Source: Bugula neritina (lineage: Eukaryota; Animalia; Bryozoa). Taken from it: DNA of 64,000 nucleotides. Location of the stretch: positions 11,564,741-11,628,740 of the forward strand of contig OZ037768.1 of assembly GCA_964035545.1 (NCBI GenBank), in the 5' to 3' direction. Every line of letters begins with the position of its first letter. Within the stretch, counting starts at the first letter, position 1. A model generated the notes under the pieces. That model searched no databases. It was given only the letters and a program-made list of their open reading frames with translations, and was not told the origin of the DNA. A program made the translations under genes and the position numbers. Positions 11,534 through 23,935 of this stretch are shown piece by piece.

Positions 11534-14500
11534 AAAATATATAATTTTAAGTCATGCTGGCTCTGAATCTCATTGTTCCTGACTTCTGTTAATGTTTTAG
11601 CAACTCACCTAACAATAATTTAGCATGATTGAAGCCCATCTCTAAGATATTTTTATTTAATGCCTAGCGTTGCACTTTATTTGTGATATCTTGTACTTGT
11701 AGCAATATGTCGATCATATTCTAAGTGAGCCACTTCCACCACCACCAGTGCCCTCTCCTCGTGGCACGTTGACCCGGAATGCCAAGTTGGATGATTCAGC
11801 TGCCTCACCTGCTGATGTTATTGTAAATCCTTCCCCAGCCACCCCAAAACCCCGCCCTAGACATTTAACTCAACCCACTCCTGAAGTGCCCCCTAGACCC
11901 ACTGATTTAAATGGTAATGGATTAAACTCAATAGTTGTTTAGTCCTACTCTTTGGCTGTTATAATTTGCCTGATTTGGAACAGTTTGTTTGTTCTGTAGA
12001 TATCTGTCTGTGTTTTATAGATGCCTGTCTATGTTTTATAGAAGTCTTTCTGTGTTTTATAGATCACTGTCTATGTTTTATAGATGTCTCTCTGTTTTAT
12101 AGGCGATGCTAGGCAACCCAGGACTCTCCCTAGACCTCCTGGGGAATCTTCTCTTACTTGCAAATGTGGAATTCCTACCAATGTCACCAGACTCCCTTTC
12201 AAGTAAGTTGACAATTTAAAGAAGTCATCACAAAATTAGTAGTAAAAATGGGCAGTTAGCTACTTGATTACAGTTATACTCATACTTATTAATACATATT
12301 AATAGTTAATTTTTCATTTTTATTTAGTGCAAGTAAAATAAGATTATTATTAATAATATGATTATAGAAAAAAATATTTTGTCAAGAATGTTAAGGCAGC
12401 GAATAGCACAAATACATAATAAAGCTATATAGCAGCGCTTACTGAATTGCCTTAAAATTCTACGAAATGCACAGAAACAGTCAAACTAATAACCTTTAAT
12501 CAGCCAAAGGGCACATACTTTCAGACTTGGTAGAGGTGTGTTGCCAGATGCATAATTAAAAGTATATAATTTAATAATGCTATCACAAATTATGGTCAAA
12601 ACTTAATAAAAACTTGAACAACTATATAAGTTAATTTTTGGTTATCACCATGATATAGCAAAATTTTCAAATTTTCTTAATTTTAAATGGCCATTTTCCA
12701 AATGGGATTTGCAAAATGTTATTACAATAGAAATCAAGGATAGGTAGTAACTATCTCAAACATGCCTTAAAATGTACATAGAAATATGAATAATTTATTT
12801 TACTTGGAACTTGCATATTATGAAAGCTGGGTTGTCTTTCTGGGGCAATTGGAGTAAACTATATAACCTTTTAGCAGGCCTATAGTTTATCTATTAACAT
12901 ATTCACCATCTGAAATAGAAATGTGTCATAGCTCTCTCCATACTTCATATCCATTGTCCTTCATAATAAAGTCTAAAGTATGGGTTATTGTTTAGAATAG
13001 GGAGTTATTGTCTCCTGTAAGCTATAACAAGCCCAACTTGTGATAATTTCTAACAATTCCCATACTTTACTTGAAGGTTTATAGATTGTCTTATCTTACC
13101 ATGCAGAGATCTCTTTTCACATAATGTACAAAACTGGCTGGAATAATGTAGAATGTATCATATGGTTATGTTAATGGTTGTAGCTGGAGTGTTCACAAAT
13201 CTTTACTCCCAGACACTAGAGACATGCTGTACTTCATGAACCCTAAGGGTCAAACCACGTGGGCACCTCCGCCATATATTGACAAAGAATGCAAGAAGAG
13301 AGAGTATTTAGAGTATGGAAAGCTCAACGTTAAAATTTTTGATTTGGTAAGTTGTGTGAAATCATTGGGTCTTCTGCCTCTACATGCTAGCTGGTTGTTA
13401 TCTATTTCAAAGGAGAGCTCAGTTTTGAGAGGATCTCAAGCTCCAAAATATAAGGGAGATGATTTTTTATAGCTGTAGTGGTGAATCAAATTGCCTTCAA
13501 ATTTTCTGTTTGCAGTACAAAAATTATTGCGAGATATTAGATTGCAGACATATTCGCATACGTGTATAGTAGTTATACACCATGATTTTTTTTTTTGTAA
13601 ATAGCCATCTTTTTTATTGTTTGTTATTGTTTGAACATCAGTAAAATTGTGTTATATGTAATATGTGTGGATCTTCTGTATGAAATAAGGATTTATAGTA
13701 ACTATGTCAAGTGTAAATGTCCTGGTTAGCTGAAGCATCTTTAGTATTTCCTATAATACAGCCATCACTAGGCATTCCAGGATTTTTGGTATTCCTGTAA
13801 AACTTTCAGTCTTGATCCAGCCAACTCATTGGTTCTTACCTAGCCAATCATATTGCGCCTGTTACAGTGAGTTATTTTAGTCTGCTGAATACATTATGAA
13901 TCATGAAGTTCTGATCTGATTGACACTTAGGTTTGGCTGGTGATAAGCTCTATTCATCTGTTGCCAGTTTCACTGCCTGTTTTGACTCTGCAGTCTTGCT
14001 TCATTCTAAATTCTTGACAGTTAACACTTGAATCAGATCTTTTTTGTTTCTTCTGCTTTAATAATACATGCAGTTATTTCATACTTTTGTATATCATAAA
14101 CAGTGGGGGGCACATGGAGCATGTTTTGGTAACTGGTAGGGCACACTTTGGTAACATAGCAATTACTTTTTCCTGGTGAATTTTCTCAATTCGGAAATCG
14201 AAATTTTTTTTGCTTCCTTTAAAAAGTGTTGCAACTGTGCTCAATCATGTGTGATACAGTTGTAGGCTACTTGTAGCACCTTCTGTTAAGTGTTATTTTT
14301 TATGTAAGTGACAAAATTCATATAAGATTAGCTTCTGAACTTCTTTAAAGGTTAAAAGGTTCTATAATTAAAGGGATTCATAGGAAATGAATATAATAAC
14401 AGTTGAAATAATGCCTGTAAAAGATGTTCTTTCAGGAATTTTCCAACAAAGTTTTTTGAATAAAGATATAAGTTATGGAATGCAAAGTTTTACTATAATT

Positions 14501-14714
14501 TTCAAAATGTGTCAAATTGCATTTGTACTGTTTTCTCTTACTAATTCATAACTGTTGACCGTGAACAGCTAAGTTGTTACTGTTGAGCTAATCTTTCATC
14601 AATCCACTGTTGTAGTATCGTGATCATTTGAAATATGCAGAAAACAGTGAACTGACCAACTATCGCAAATACCAAACATATACATCAAAGTCTAGCTACT
14701 CTAGCAGATCCTGA
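8180..14714 (+). CDS. Uncharacterised SH2 + proline-rich + WW adaptor protein, paralog A (~365 aa)
   Basis: Exons 8180-8211, 8361-8481, 9124-9248, 9512-9666, 10739-10830, 11703-11913, 12103-12202, 13184-13346, 14616-14714 join in one frame (1098 nt, all GT-AG). SH2 motifs: YYWP..GTYILRPS..FLTLSV..VWHFPV..SLDKLLGYY. WW: LPFNW..LYFMNPKGQTTWAPP. Confidence 0.85.
9748..9949. mobile_element. Tc1/mariner-type MITE
   Basis: TIRs CAGTGCTCCC...GGGAGCACTG with TA on both sides (TA target duplication); lies in an intron of adaptor A. Confidence 0.8.
11412..11542. repeat. (TA)n-rich microsatellite
   Basis: Direct. Confidence 0.9.
11990..12102 (+). repeat. 21-bp minisatellite made of repeated 3' splice-site-like units
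   Basis: Units atgtctgtctgtgttttatag; AGs end at 11999, 12020, 12041, 12062, 12083, 12102. Confidence 0.9.
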
Positions 14715-16005
14715 AATTTATGCTCATATAAAGTTTTTTTTAATAATAACTTTCTGACAAATTCAATTGTATGCTTTATTCATAGTTTTTACCACCAGAT
14801 AATTTATAGCTTTTATACATCTTGCATATTTTATGCACCAGATGCATTTTTTATTATGGGTCTATGGCCTGAGCATGTATTCTTTTTAAGGTTTTCTGGT
14901 TTTTATTTTGTATTTTATGGTTGCTCATAGTTATAATGCAATATATTTTTAGATGCTATAATAATTACTTTGCTGTTTTCTATAACATTTCTGAAAATAT
15001 ATAGACCAGTTCGTGTGTTGCAATATTATGCTAAAATGTTTTTGCATTAAAGAAAAAAATACCTTTGACATTGATTTATTATTGCTAAAAGTTATTTTTT
15101 AGTAAACATGCTCTAAATTTACAATTTGATATCACTAGAGTTGATTACTTAGCAAATTGCACAATTTCTATTTTATTCTGTATGGTTTTTGAAAAGTTAA
15201 AAATAAACTAGCATTATCGCCCCCTCTGTTCCATAACCCCACAATGCATGATTTTCTTCATAATCTTGTCTTATTATTCCATCGATGACAACTCATATTG
15301 GTGTTAGTACTGGTAGGCCTACAACTCTTTTCCTCATTGCCATGCAATAAGTTCTTTTATTTTAGAATCTAATACTTGTTTGAGCTCCCTATACTATCAA
15401 TTCATTTGCTCGATAAAGAACTTTTCATGTCACGTATATCAATTTTCAAATCATGTAAAATGATCTCAACTAGGGACTCCTCTACACACTTATATTGGGC
15501 ATGTAAGAGCATGTCATTCATTTTTACAGGAAAAACTATGTTCACTTTGATTTTCTTTTCTGATATTATTTTTATGTTTATGAAGTTAATTTGATTTATG
15601 TTTCCTGGTTAAAGTTGAAACTCGTGCTGCAAAAGTTGTGAGCACCATAGCAATGCTGGAGACATTACTACTTATCTATACATGGTTTCGCATAGCTGAT
15701 TTGAGAGGCGCACTCATGCTGAATAATGCACGTTAGTGTGTCAAACACTGAGCAAGACAGATGACTTCATTTCATTGGTTCATTTGTTGATGACATCATT
15801 GCTGTGTAAGTCTGTGTATTTGGCTTTTGGTATGCATTTCGTCAATTTTTATGTCCAAGGTGTGTTGAATATTTACTATACTTTCAAATTGACTTAGTTT
15901 GGTTTTTATATATAATAATATATTTAATATAATATAATGTGTCTTGAATTTATAACCTGCATATATAGAATTTAATGGGTAGTTCCTTGATTAACATTAC
16001 ACAGC

Positions 16006-19000
16006 ATGGCCGAATCCAATCTGCAAAGACATGTAATGGAAGAAGCTGCTGAACTGGACTATTTCTGGCCAAACCATGATGCTAGTAAGGTACGTACAAT
16101 ATATACTGTCATAAACCTAATTTCTCTGCCAAATATGCATATTTTTGTACTTGAATTTAGGTTTAAAGTTACTTTCTTATACATAACTTTTCATACTAGA
16201 CATGTATACTAAAGTGCACTTATTTGCTAACAGTTAAAATCTGAAATTACTACCATGAAATAAGATTAACTTATGATGATGTATCTCATTGCTTACTAAT
16301 TCAAATAAAAATGTTTCCTCTGCCAGTTGATGATTATTATGACATTTTACAATCTTTTTTCTAAATATGACTTGCTGAAAGTAACAGTTGAAAGCATTTC
16401 GGGTCAGTAGCTCATAATATGAAGATTATATAGTGTTGGTTAATTATTTCTGGTTTATACAATGTAGATTCAGCAAGTTCTACAAGGTTCTGACATAGAA
16501 AGTGGGACATACATTTTACGGTCATCTGGTTCTGTTGATCCAATCACTAGAAGATTTCTCACTCTTTCTGTTAGAATGGAGTTTGAAAAAGCTCAGTAAG
16601 TGATTTAAAATGCAGCTTCAACAGTTTTGTTAATTCTAAAAGCTGCCTTGTTAGTTCTCATTTATGACTTTCCCATTCATTTCCATTTTGATTTTTGCAT
16701 CAGTTGATAAGTCAATGTTATATTTAAATAATGATTTAAGGCTGGATTAAACATTTTCAAGATGTCATGCAATAGCTGGTGACATAAGAACTTAAGAAGC
16801 GATTTTTCTGGGTTCTATAATATTAATTCTTATATATAGGATATCTGTCTACTACCTGACATTGATTTGTAAACCATTTTTTGAAATAAGTCGTTCTAAG
16901 TACATCTAGTTACTAGAAACAAAAATAGTCAGTTTGACTGTGCTGGGCCTCAAAATGTCTATTTGATCAACTGAGTTCTGTCATTTAAAAATATTAAAGC
17001 TGTAGCAAAGGTGACATAGTCAGCCTATATCTGTTTTGAGCTTAAAAACAACAAAATCATTGCACTTTCATATAGGGTGTTGACTTTTACTGTATTTGAG
17101 TGAGCATTGGCTTGTTTGTGAGTGCAGTTGCCAATTTCTAGTTCCTACTAGCTTAAAATACTACTCATACTATACATACATCTCTGCAGTTAGTTTTACT
17201 GCTGGCAATGCCATAACTTGGCTAGGGTTGTGATTTATTCTTTCAGTCTTGATTGGTAGAAAGAAAAAATATTACATAGGTGCGGTTGGCATTATAGTTG
17301 TTTACGGATAACTTTACACCTTTGATGCTTATTTTAGCATAAATATATTATACATTCTATCCTGCTACCCAAACAGGACAAAGCTGAGATAGGTGTGAAT
17401 GTTATACATCCTATACATATTTTTAGATCTGTTAACGTGTGCCATTTTCCTGTAAAGATAGAGAGAGATGAGAACAATAAAGTAAACTACTCACTAACCA
17501 AAAACTGTCCTTCAATAACATCCCTTGGCCAACTGGCGGAGCATTATCATGGCAAGCAAGTCAAGGGTGAAGTTGTACAAATAACTGTTTAACCGTAATC
17601 AGTAATGCTTTAATGGTGTTTACCCACTTCAAAATTTCCTGGTTTCAGTGTAATTGCTCATTTAAACTGTACCTATGTTATCTCTACACCTTGCAAATTC
17701 CAGGCTTAGTACCAATAAATAGATTAAGCAATCACTTTTGCATTCAAACAACAACTTTTTTCTACCATATGCTATATTTTTATCTTAAAATAAACAAGTA
17801 AAACATTAATTTAATTTTTAACTTAATTATTTCTAGGTAATCACAATAATAATGCTAATTGTTAGAGACATTTCATGAATCTCACTGAAAATGAGAATGA
17901 GTATATGCAAAGTCTTTTCAATCAGTTTTAGCATGGTTTTGACTGTTTGTGTTTTCAATACATAACATTAAAATAAGAATCAACAAATAGTTTGCTTAAG
18001 ATGGATTTTTCTTTCATAATATCTAATAAAACTAATATGCAGCTGATATCAATGCATATTTTATGCCTATTTGTTTATAAGTAATTATAATAGTTGCAAT
18101 AAATTACCTCTGGAACTTGTTTAGTGATAGTCTCATATTGTTTTATTTGCAGGTAAAACAGATAGAGGGGAATGTTCAGCTATGATTAAAAAGGGTCTGT
18201 CTTACCGGAGCTACATGGATAAAGTGGTATACACGCCTACCAACAACAATACTTTGCCTGTACATATACATTCTACTCTCCTTTCTTATAACAAAGTGTT
18301 ATCAATGCTTTTGTATCGTTTGTATAGAGATTACTTCAATGCATGTGTTTGATAGAATCTTTAATGTTTGAGATTAAGTACCTACAGACTGCAGGTATTG
18401 TTCTATATTTTATGTAATGAGATAGTTTACATGTATCTTGTAGTCTACATTCTATACCGCAGGTATGTAATGAGATAGTTTACATGTATCTTGTTTTCTA
18501 TATTCACAGCAAGTGCCGGCTCGGAAAATTTCAGTTGAAAAGAATTCAGCAAAAGTAGCACCCACCCCTCCCCCTCGAGTCACGTTGCCGAAAGGACTGT
18601 CTAACGACACCCTGGTGATTATGGACCCTTCTCCACTCCGCCCTTCTCTTTCAACTGCCCGGCTGTCTGATCGCAATGGGGCAATATATGAAGACAACCC
18701 TTTATTTACATGTGAGTTGAATTTTCAGAATCTAGATTGCTGACATTAACTGTCTTAGCTGGTGGTTAGTGCTCTATAGCAGCAATCTATTTATCAGTCT
18801 CCAATCACAAAATCACTTTGAGGGTATTTCAGTAGAATGTTTAAATTTTGAAGTCATTTATTAAGTCACATGAAATGTAAGATGAGCAATATACTTGCAT
18901 GTACAACATCCACATTTCAAAAACGTTTTGTAAACAAAATTTGTAGTTAATCTATGGTTTTATAAATGTTAGTTTAGTTTACTACAAATAACTGTCCAAT

Positions 19001-21842
19001 GTTTGAGTATTTATTCCTAGCAGCAGAGGAACGATTAAGTACAAACAGCTCAAGTGACATTGCATCTAAAAGCACTTACTGCCGCTGTGGGCTACCTGCC
19101 AGGGTTACTCGTCTACCTGAAAAGTAAGCAGCACTGTCATACTTTTGGTCATGTTAATTCCTAAAACATTATTATTGCATGTATTTTTATATATAGTGAA
19201 CTTTATTAGAAATTTTGAGCAAGCATAATATATTAATTGTTTGTATTTTGATTAAACTACTTTAATTGCAGCATCTAACATTGAAATTATTTTACAACCT
19301 TGTGATAGAAAGGAGTATTTCAACTTGTAACATTATAGAATAATAACAGTGTGGACACTAAGCACCCGTGCAATGTATATACTATATTACATGCATATGA
19401 CAGCCCACCTACATATTTTATAACTAGCATATTGTATTTTCTATATAAGTTATAGCCTTTAATATAAGTTTTCATGTTTTACAAGTTTAGTTATTATATA
19501 TAATAGCAATTATTATATAATATAGCAGTTGGCTGCATTTTCTTGCATGAATCTATATGCTGTGATAAGTACTCTATAGGAAGTGTACGTTTATTGGTTT
19601 TGAACATTTACGGTATAACATCTCGTAATTCTATCAGAGAGCAGTCATGGTCTAGGGGTTCGAGCGCTGACTTAGTAAACACGAAGTCATCGGTTTGAAT
19701 TCTGACAAAGGTCATTGGTGATGTTAAAAAGAGCATTCAGTTATAATTGCTCCTGTACCTCATCTGAATAAGTCCTTAGCCGAGTTAACAAAAGAGCCTT
19801 TTCCATCAGGGATGGTGACTATAAACTTGCATGAGGTCTGGTAATTCTATTCTAACCTATTTGGTTGGTAAATTTAAGCAGAACCTGCACTGTTTTGGAG
19901 TTTCAAACTTGCAACTGTTTTCTATACTTTGGGTAACTATTTGCAATATTGAGAGCTAGTTATTTTAAAAAGAAACACCAATTAAACAGTTTAAGTTCCA
20001 CTTCAAACTAAAATTGTTTCACTTTGTATCATTATTACGTAGCTGTGTAGTTGCTGTAAAGTTTCATCTGGAATATTCTATAGCTGGTCCGTCCACCGTT
20101 CCTCAGAGCAGGATACTCAAGACATGCTCTACTTTAAGGATGCAGAAGGCAGAACTGCGTGGGCTCTTCCCCCTTTTGTAGACAACTTGTGTGAGGAAAG
20201 AGAATATTTGAAATACGGCAGGTTAAATGTTCAATGCTTTAGACAGGTGAGACAACTTCTGTCATTAGACATAATAATGTCTGTTCTCAGCCTAAACCTA
20301 TCGCCAGGCAAGCAGTGTGAATCTAAATGTATGTTCGAAGTGAGCTAAAATCTGGTGCACTGCATGTATTGGTGAACAGTGTTTTCAAGTTTAGTTAAAG
20401 TAAAATAAGCTGCTGTGTTAACTTGGCTGTTGATTAAACTAGTTCTACAAGCCAGATGCAACTGTTGCCCGACGAAGTGAATAATACTTTTGAATATGAT
20501 AGTATGCTGTTATGTCCAACAGCTTCAGATGGTAGATAGTTTCTCCTGGAATACACATTTCTTATAACTTGCACCATAAAAGCACAATGTAGGTTACTTT
20601 TCAGTTAAATAGCTAAACTGACATTGCCTTCACCTAAACTAATGGCTGGTTTTAATGAAAGCATGCTTATAAAAAATGGTGTGAACAAACATATTGACAT
20701 TTGATTACAGCTATACCAGTTTACACATTCATATCTTTCAAGTATCTTCTTAGAAGCTTCTCTAATTTACTCCTTGATGGTGAAAAATTACTTCCTTATC
20801 TAAATGCTGTTATCTAGTAACATTCAGGCCTACTAAATGAGATGATCTTTACGCAGTCTGCAGAACTTATTATTTCTAATTGACGGAAAAGATATTATAT
20901 TCTGCTTTATTCATTATCCATAGCGGAACAGGGTGGTATGATTCCGTCTGTGTGGTCAAAGGTTTTGTAAAATTAAAAAAACATCAGCATTAGAAGCAAA
21001 GTTGTTGTTAAATACACTTTACAAAATTGCATGTTTTAACCACACTGCCTAATATTAGAAGTAAACAACAAAGTGTTTGCAACTAAAATAAATCACAATA
21101 ATAATGAGTGTAAGTTGGGTTACCAAGTACAAGATATATTGACAGCTGGAGTATGATTTCAGTCTATACCACTGCAAGTGGTAAACTCTAACGTAAAGTC
21201 AAATATAATATTGATATTTAAATAGAATATAATTCTCACCTAGCCCGCTCTAGTCCTGCTCTAGTCCTGCACGAGTAGTCGTATCTAAATATAAATTAAC
21301 ATAAAATATAAAACAATATTTACATGATATAATATAATATGTTAATATATTCTTATTATAAATGCAAATGTGTTTCTAGGTTATAACTTAGTCTACTCCT
21401 CATAGTTAAATTATTTTGGTATTACACTGTCAAGAAGTACATGTTCTAGAATGATTGGTTGCCAAGAAGTTTACTCAAAAATCTCACAGCTGTGAGTTGG
21501 CCCAATATATTATGTCTAATCAGTTATTGTGTTAAGTTGGTAGGCGATTGTTAAAGAGAAATGTTCTACTCACCTAGTCAATTCAAACTAGAAGTTGAAC
21601 ACGCTAACACTTTATATTTGACTATAATTATAAGGTTTAATATATTATCTGTAGGGATAGTGATGCCATATATGTGTAGCCATTCATCTCTTATGTTGCA
21701 GTATGGCAAGCATTTGACGTACTCTCCTACCAGTGAACTCTCTCAATTTCATAATTATGAAACCTTCAATTCTGAGCATTTGTCGTTAAAAATAGATGCT
21801 GCTTCTCTATCAACCTGTTGTGGGAAGAAACTCAGACTTTGA
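16006..21842 (+). CDS. Uncharacterised SH2 + proline-rich + WW adaptor protein, paralog B (~355 aa)
   Basis: Exons 16006-16089, 16468-16595, 17427-17566, 18153-18259, 18510-18711, 19021-19123, 20084-20246, 21702-21842 (1068 nt in frame). Intron phases match paralog A and the WW exon is 163 nt in both. Motifs YFWP, GTYILRSS, FLTLSV, VCHFPV, CRCGLP..LPENW..LYFKDAEGRTAWALPP. Confidence 0.85.
19639..19836 (+). mobile_element. tRNA-derived SINE, copy 1
   Basis: A-box-like TGGTCTAGGGG and B-box-like GGTTTGAATTC; body homologous to the copies at 24557-24767 and 57161-57378. Confidence 0.85.
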
Positions 21843-22728
21843 GTGCTAGATTTAGCGTATCTTGTAATTTTCAGTCATAGAAGTATGAGTTTCAGTCAGT
21901 ATTAGTTAGCAGCATGTATACTTAAAATAGCTGTGAAAATGTGTTTTATCAGACTTATTGTCTATAATTTTAAAGTCTTAAAACTGGATTATAGTTTTAA
22001 AGCCTGCAAGATAGTGTTTTAAAAATTATTAATATCAAAACATTATTTTAATCTGTATTTTTGTAAATTAAAATTTCTATTTTAATGCTATTGTAACTAG
22101 GAAAAGCATTTGAAAGAACTGTATTTTTTCAATATTTATTTCTTATTACACAAAATGAATTTATAATTTGAGAAAAATCTAATTTTATAGATGGTAACCC
22201 AAGTTAGTGGGTTTGCAAAGTGATTTTTCAGAAGTTTCAATTGTGTTTTAGTTAGGAATTCTATACAAGCAGCTAGCAATGCGATGTGTGTTTACTAGTG
22301 TTTTTTAAAATAACATCTGATATAAAAACTGTATAAAATATATTTAATAGACAAATAGTTAGTATTCTTTTGGTGTCAATGTTGACAAACTTAGATATTA
22401 CACCAATAACAGGCCTAAAGTTATAATTTAAAGTTTCTGTTTCTTGCATATAAGGTGATCTGGCTATTTGAATGAACATATGCTGAAGTTGTCTTTTCTT
22501 TACCTTAGAATAAATGTGCTCCATCACATGTTATTTGTAAAATAAATAGAAGACAGAAGCAACCTTTGGTAGACTTTAGACCCACTATTTTTTGTAAAAC
22601 AAAGTCAATGAACTTGGCAGGAATTTATTTTTCCAGACAGAAAATGAATTGGTATTCTGGTAATTGAACTCTGACATGTTTAGGCCCGCATCAAAATAAT
22701 AGACTTTTACAGCTAGTTTGAAACATGG

Positions 22729-22729
<1 letters not shown>

Positions 22730-22775
<46 letters not shown>

Positions 22776-22788
22776 AATCTGTGGACAG

Positions 22789-22838
<50 letters not shown>
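22730..22838. repeat. Two (TA)n tracts flanking a short inverted repeat
   Basis: (TA)n - tctcaatctgtggacagatt - (TA)n. Confidence 0.85.
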
Positions 22839-22839
<1 letters not shown>

Positions 22840-23935
22840 CTTTTATACAATAAGTTTTAATTCAGTAGTTTGAAGCTGAACAAAAATTCTATGCTTTAGT
22901 AGCATTGCTACTTGTTGTATATTTACAGCAAATATATTCATGAACTGCCATTAGGTAAATACAAACAAATATGTTTAGCTATTCTTCTCTGTCAGAATCT
23001 GTTTTCTGACATTTTCAAACTTAATTAAATTAATGGCATTATTTATCTCATAAAAGAGTTAATTCTTATGAATATGTTAGTAAAGCCTCAAAACTTTCCA
23101 CCAAATATTAGTTTATTACAACTAGTAAGTTGTTGGAGTTATCCCACTACTAATATATTGCTTTCCAGTATAATCTCTACTTGTCTAGAAAGATTTTCAA
23201 GTTTAGAAAACCAAGATATGATATGAGATACAAATGCCAACTTGTGTGATGTTTGTAATAAAATAGTATTTTATTAAATATATTTTATGATATATAAACA
23301 GCATTTCAGATGTAATAAATATTAGCTTTTACTGAGATTCAATAAAATTGTTTGTATACTGTAAATATAAATAAAATAACCATATTGGGAATAGTCTGCT
23401 CATCAGGTTAAGTTTGATAGTTATTAATATTATTATATTAATGACATAATGGCACTTTTACCTGACAAAGATATAACAGATTACAGAAATTGCCAAATGT
23501 GCTCAATAATGTGTTATATAATCAATATTGGGATAGCGTTCTTCCTCAACGACTGCTTATAACACATTTTTCCTTAAATCTAACAGCATGTTTCAGCTTA
23601 GGTAGTGAAACAATATATATTACATAAATAATAGACTATGACAAAATGAACAGGATTTCATATTAAAAGCTGTTATACAAATTGGAAGCAGTTGGTTCAT
23701 TTGAAATATTATAGTAGCAAAAACATGATGCAATGTTCGTTTTTTTATTAAATTAAAGTCATTTAAGGCCTGTTATTATGCAAACTGACCTTTGTGCCTA
23801 TGATAAGCATGTTTATCTACTTTATAGAATTATTTTCAATAACTGATATCGAAAAATATGAATTAGCCAGTATTTTTTTCAGCAGATATTATAAAGAAGC
23901 TGAATGAAGCAAATCAGCAGACTGCAAACTGGTGG

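Noticed and set aside
19639-19715. tRNA gene
   Set aside because: A/B boxes are present but there is no cloverleaf; it continues into a repeated body, and one copy has a TSD, so it is a SINE head.
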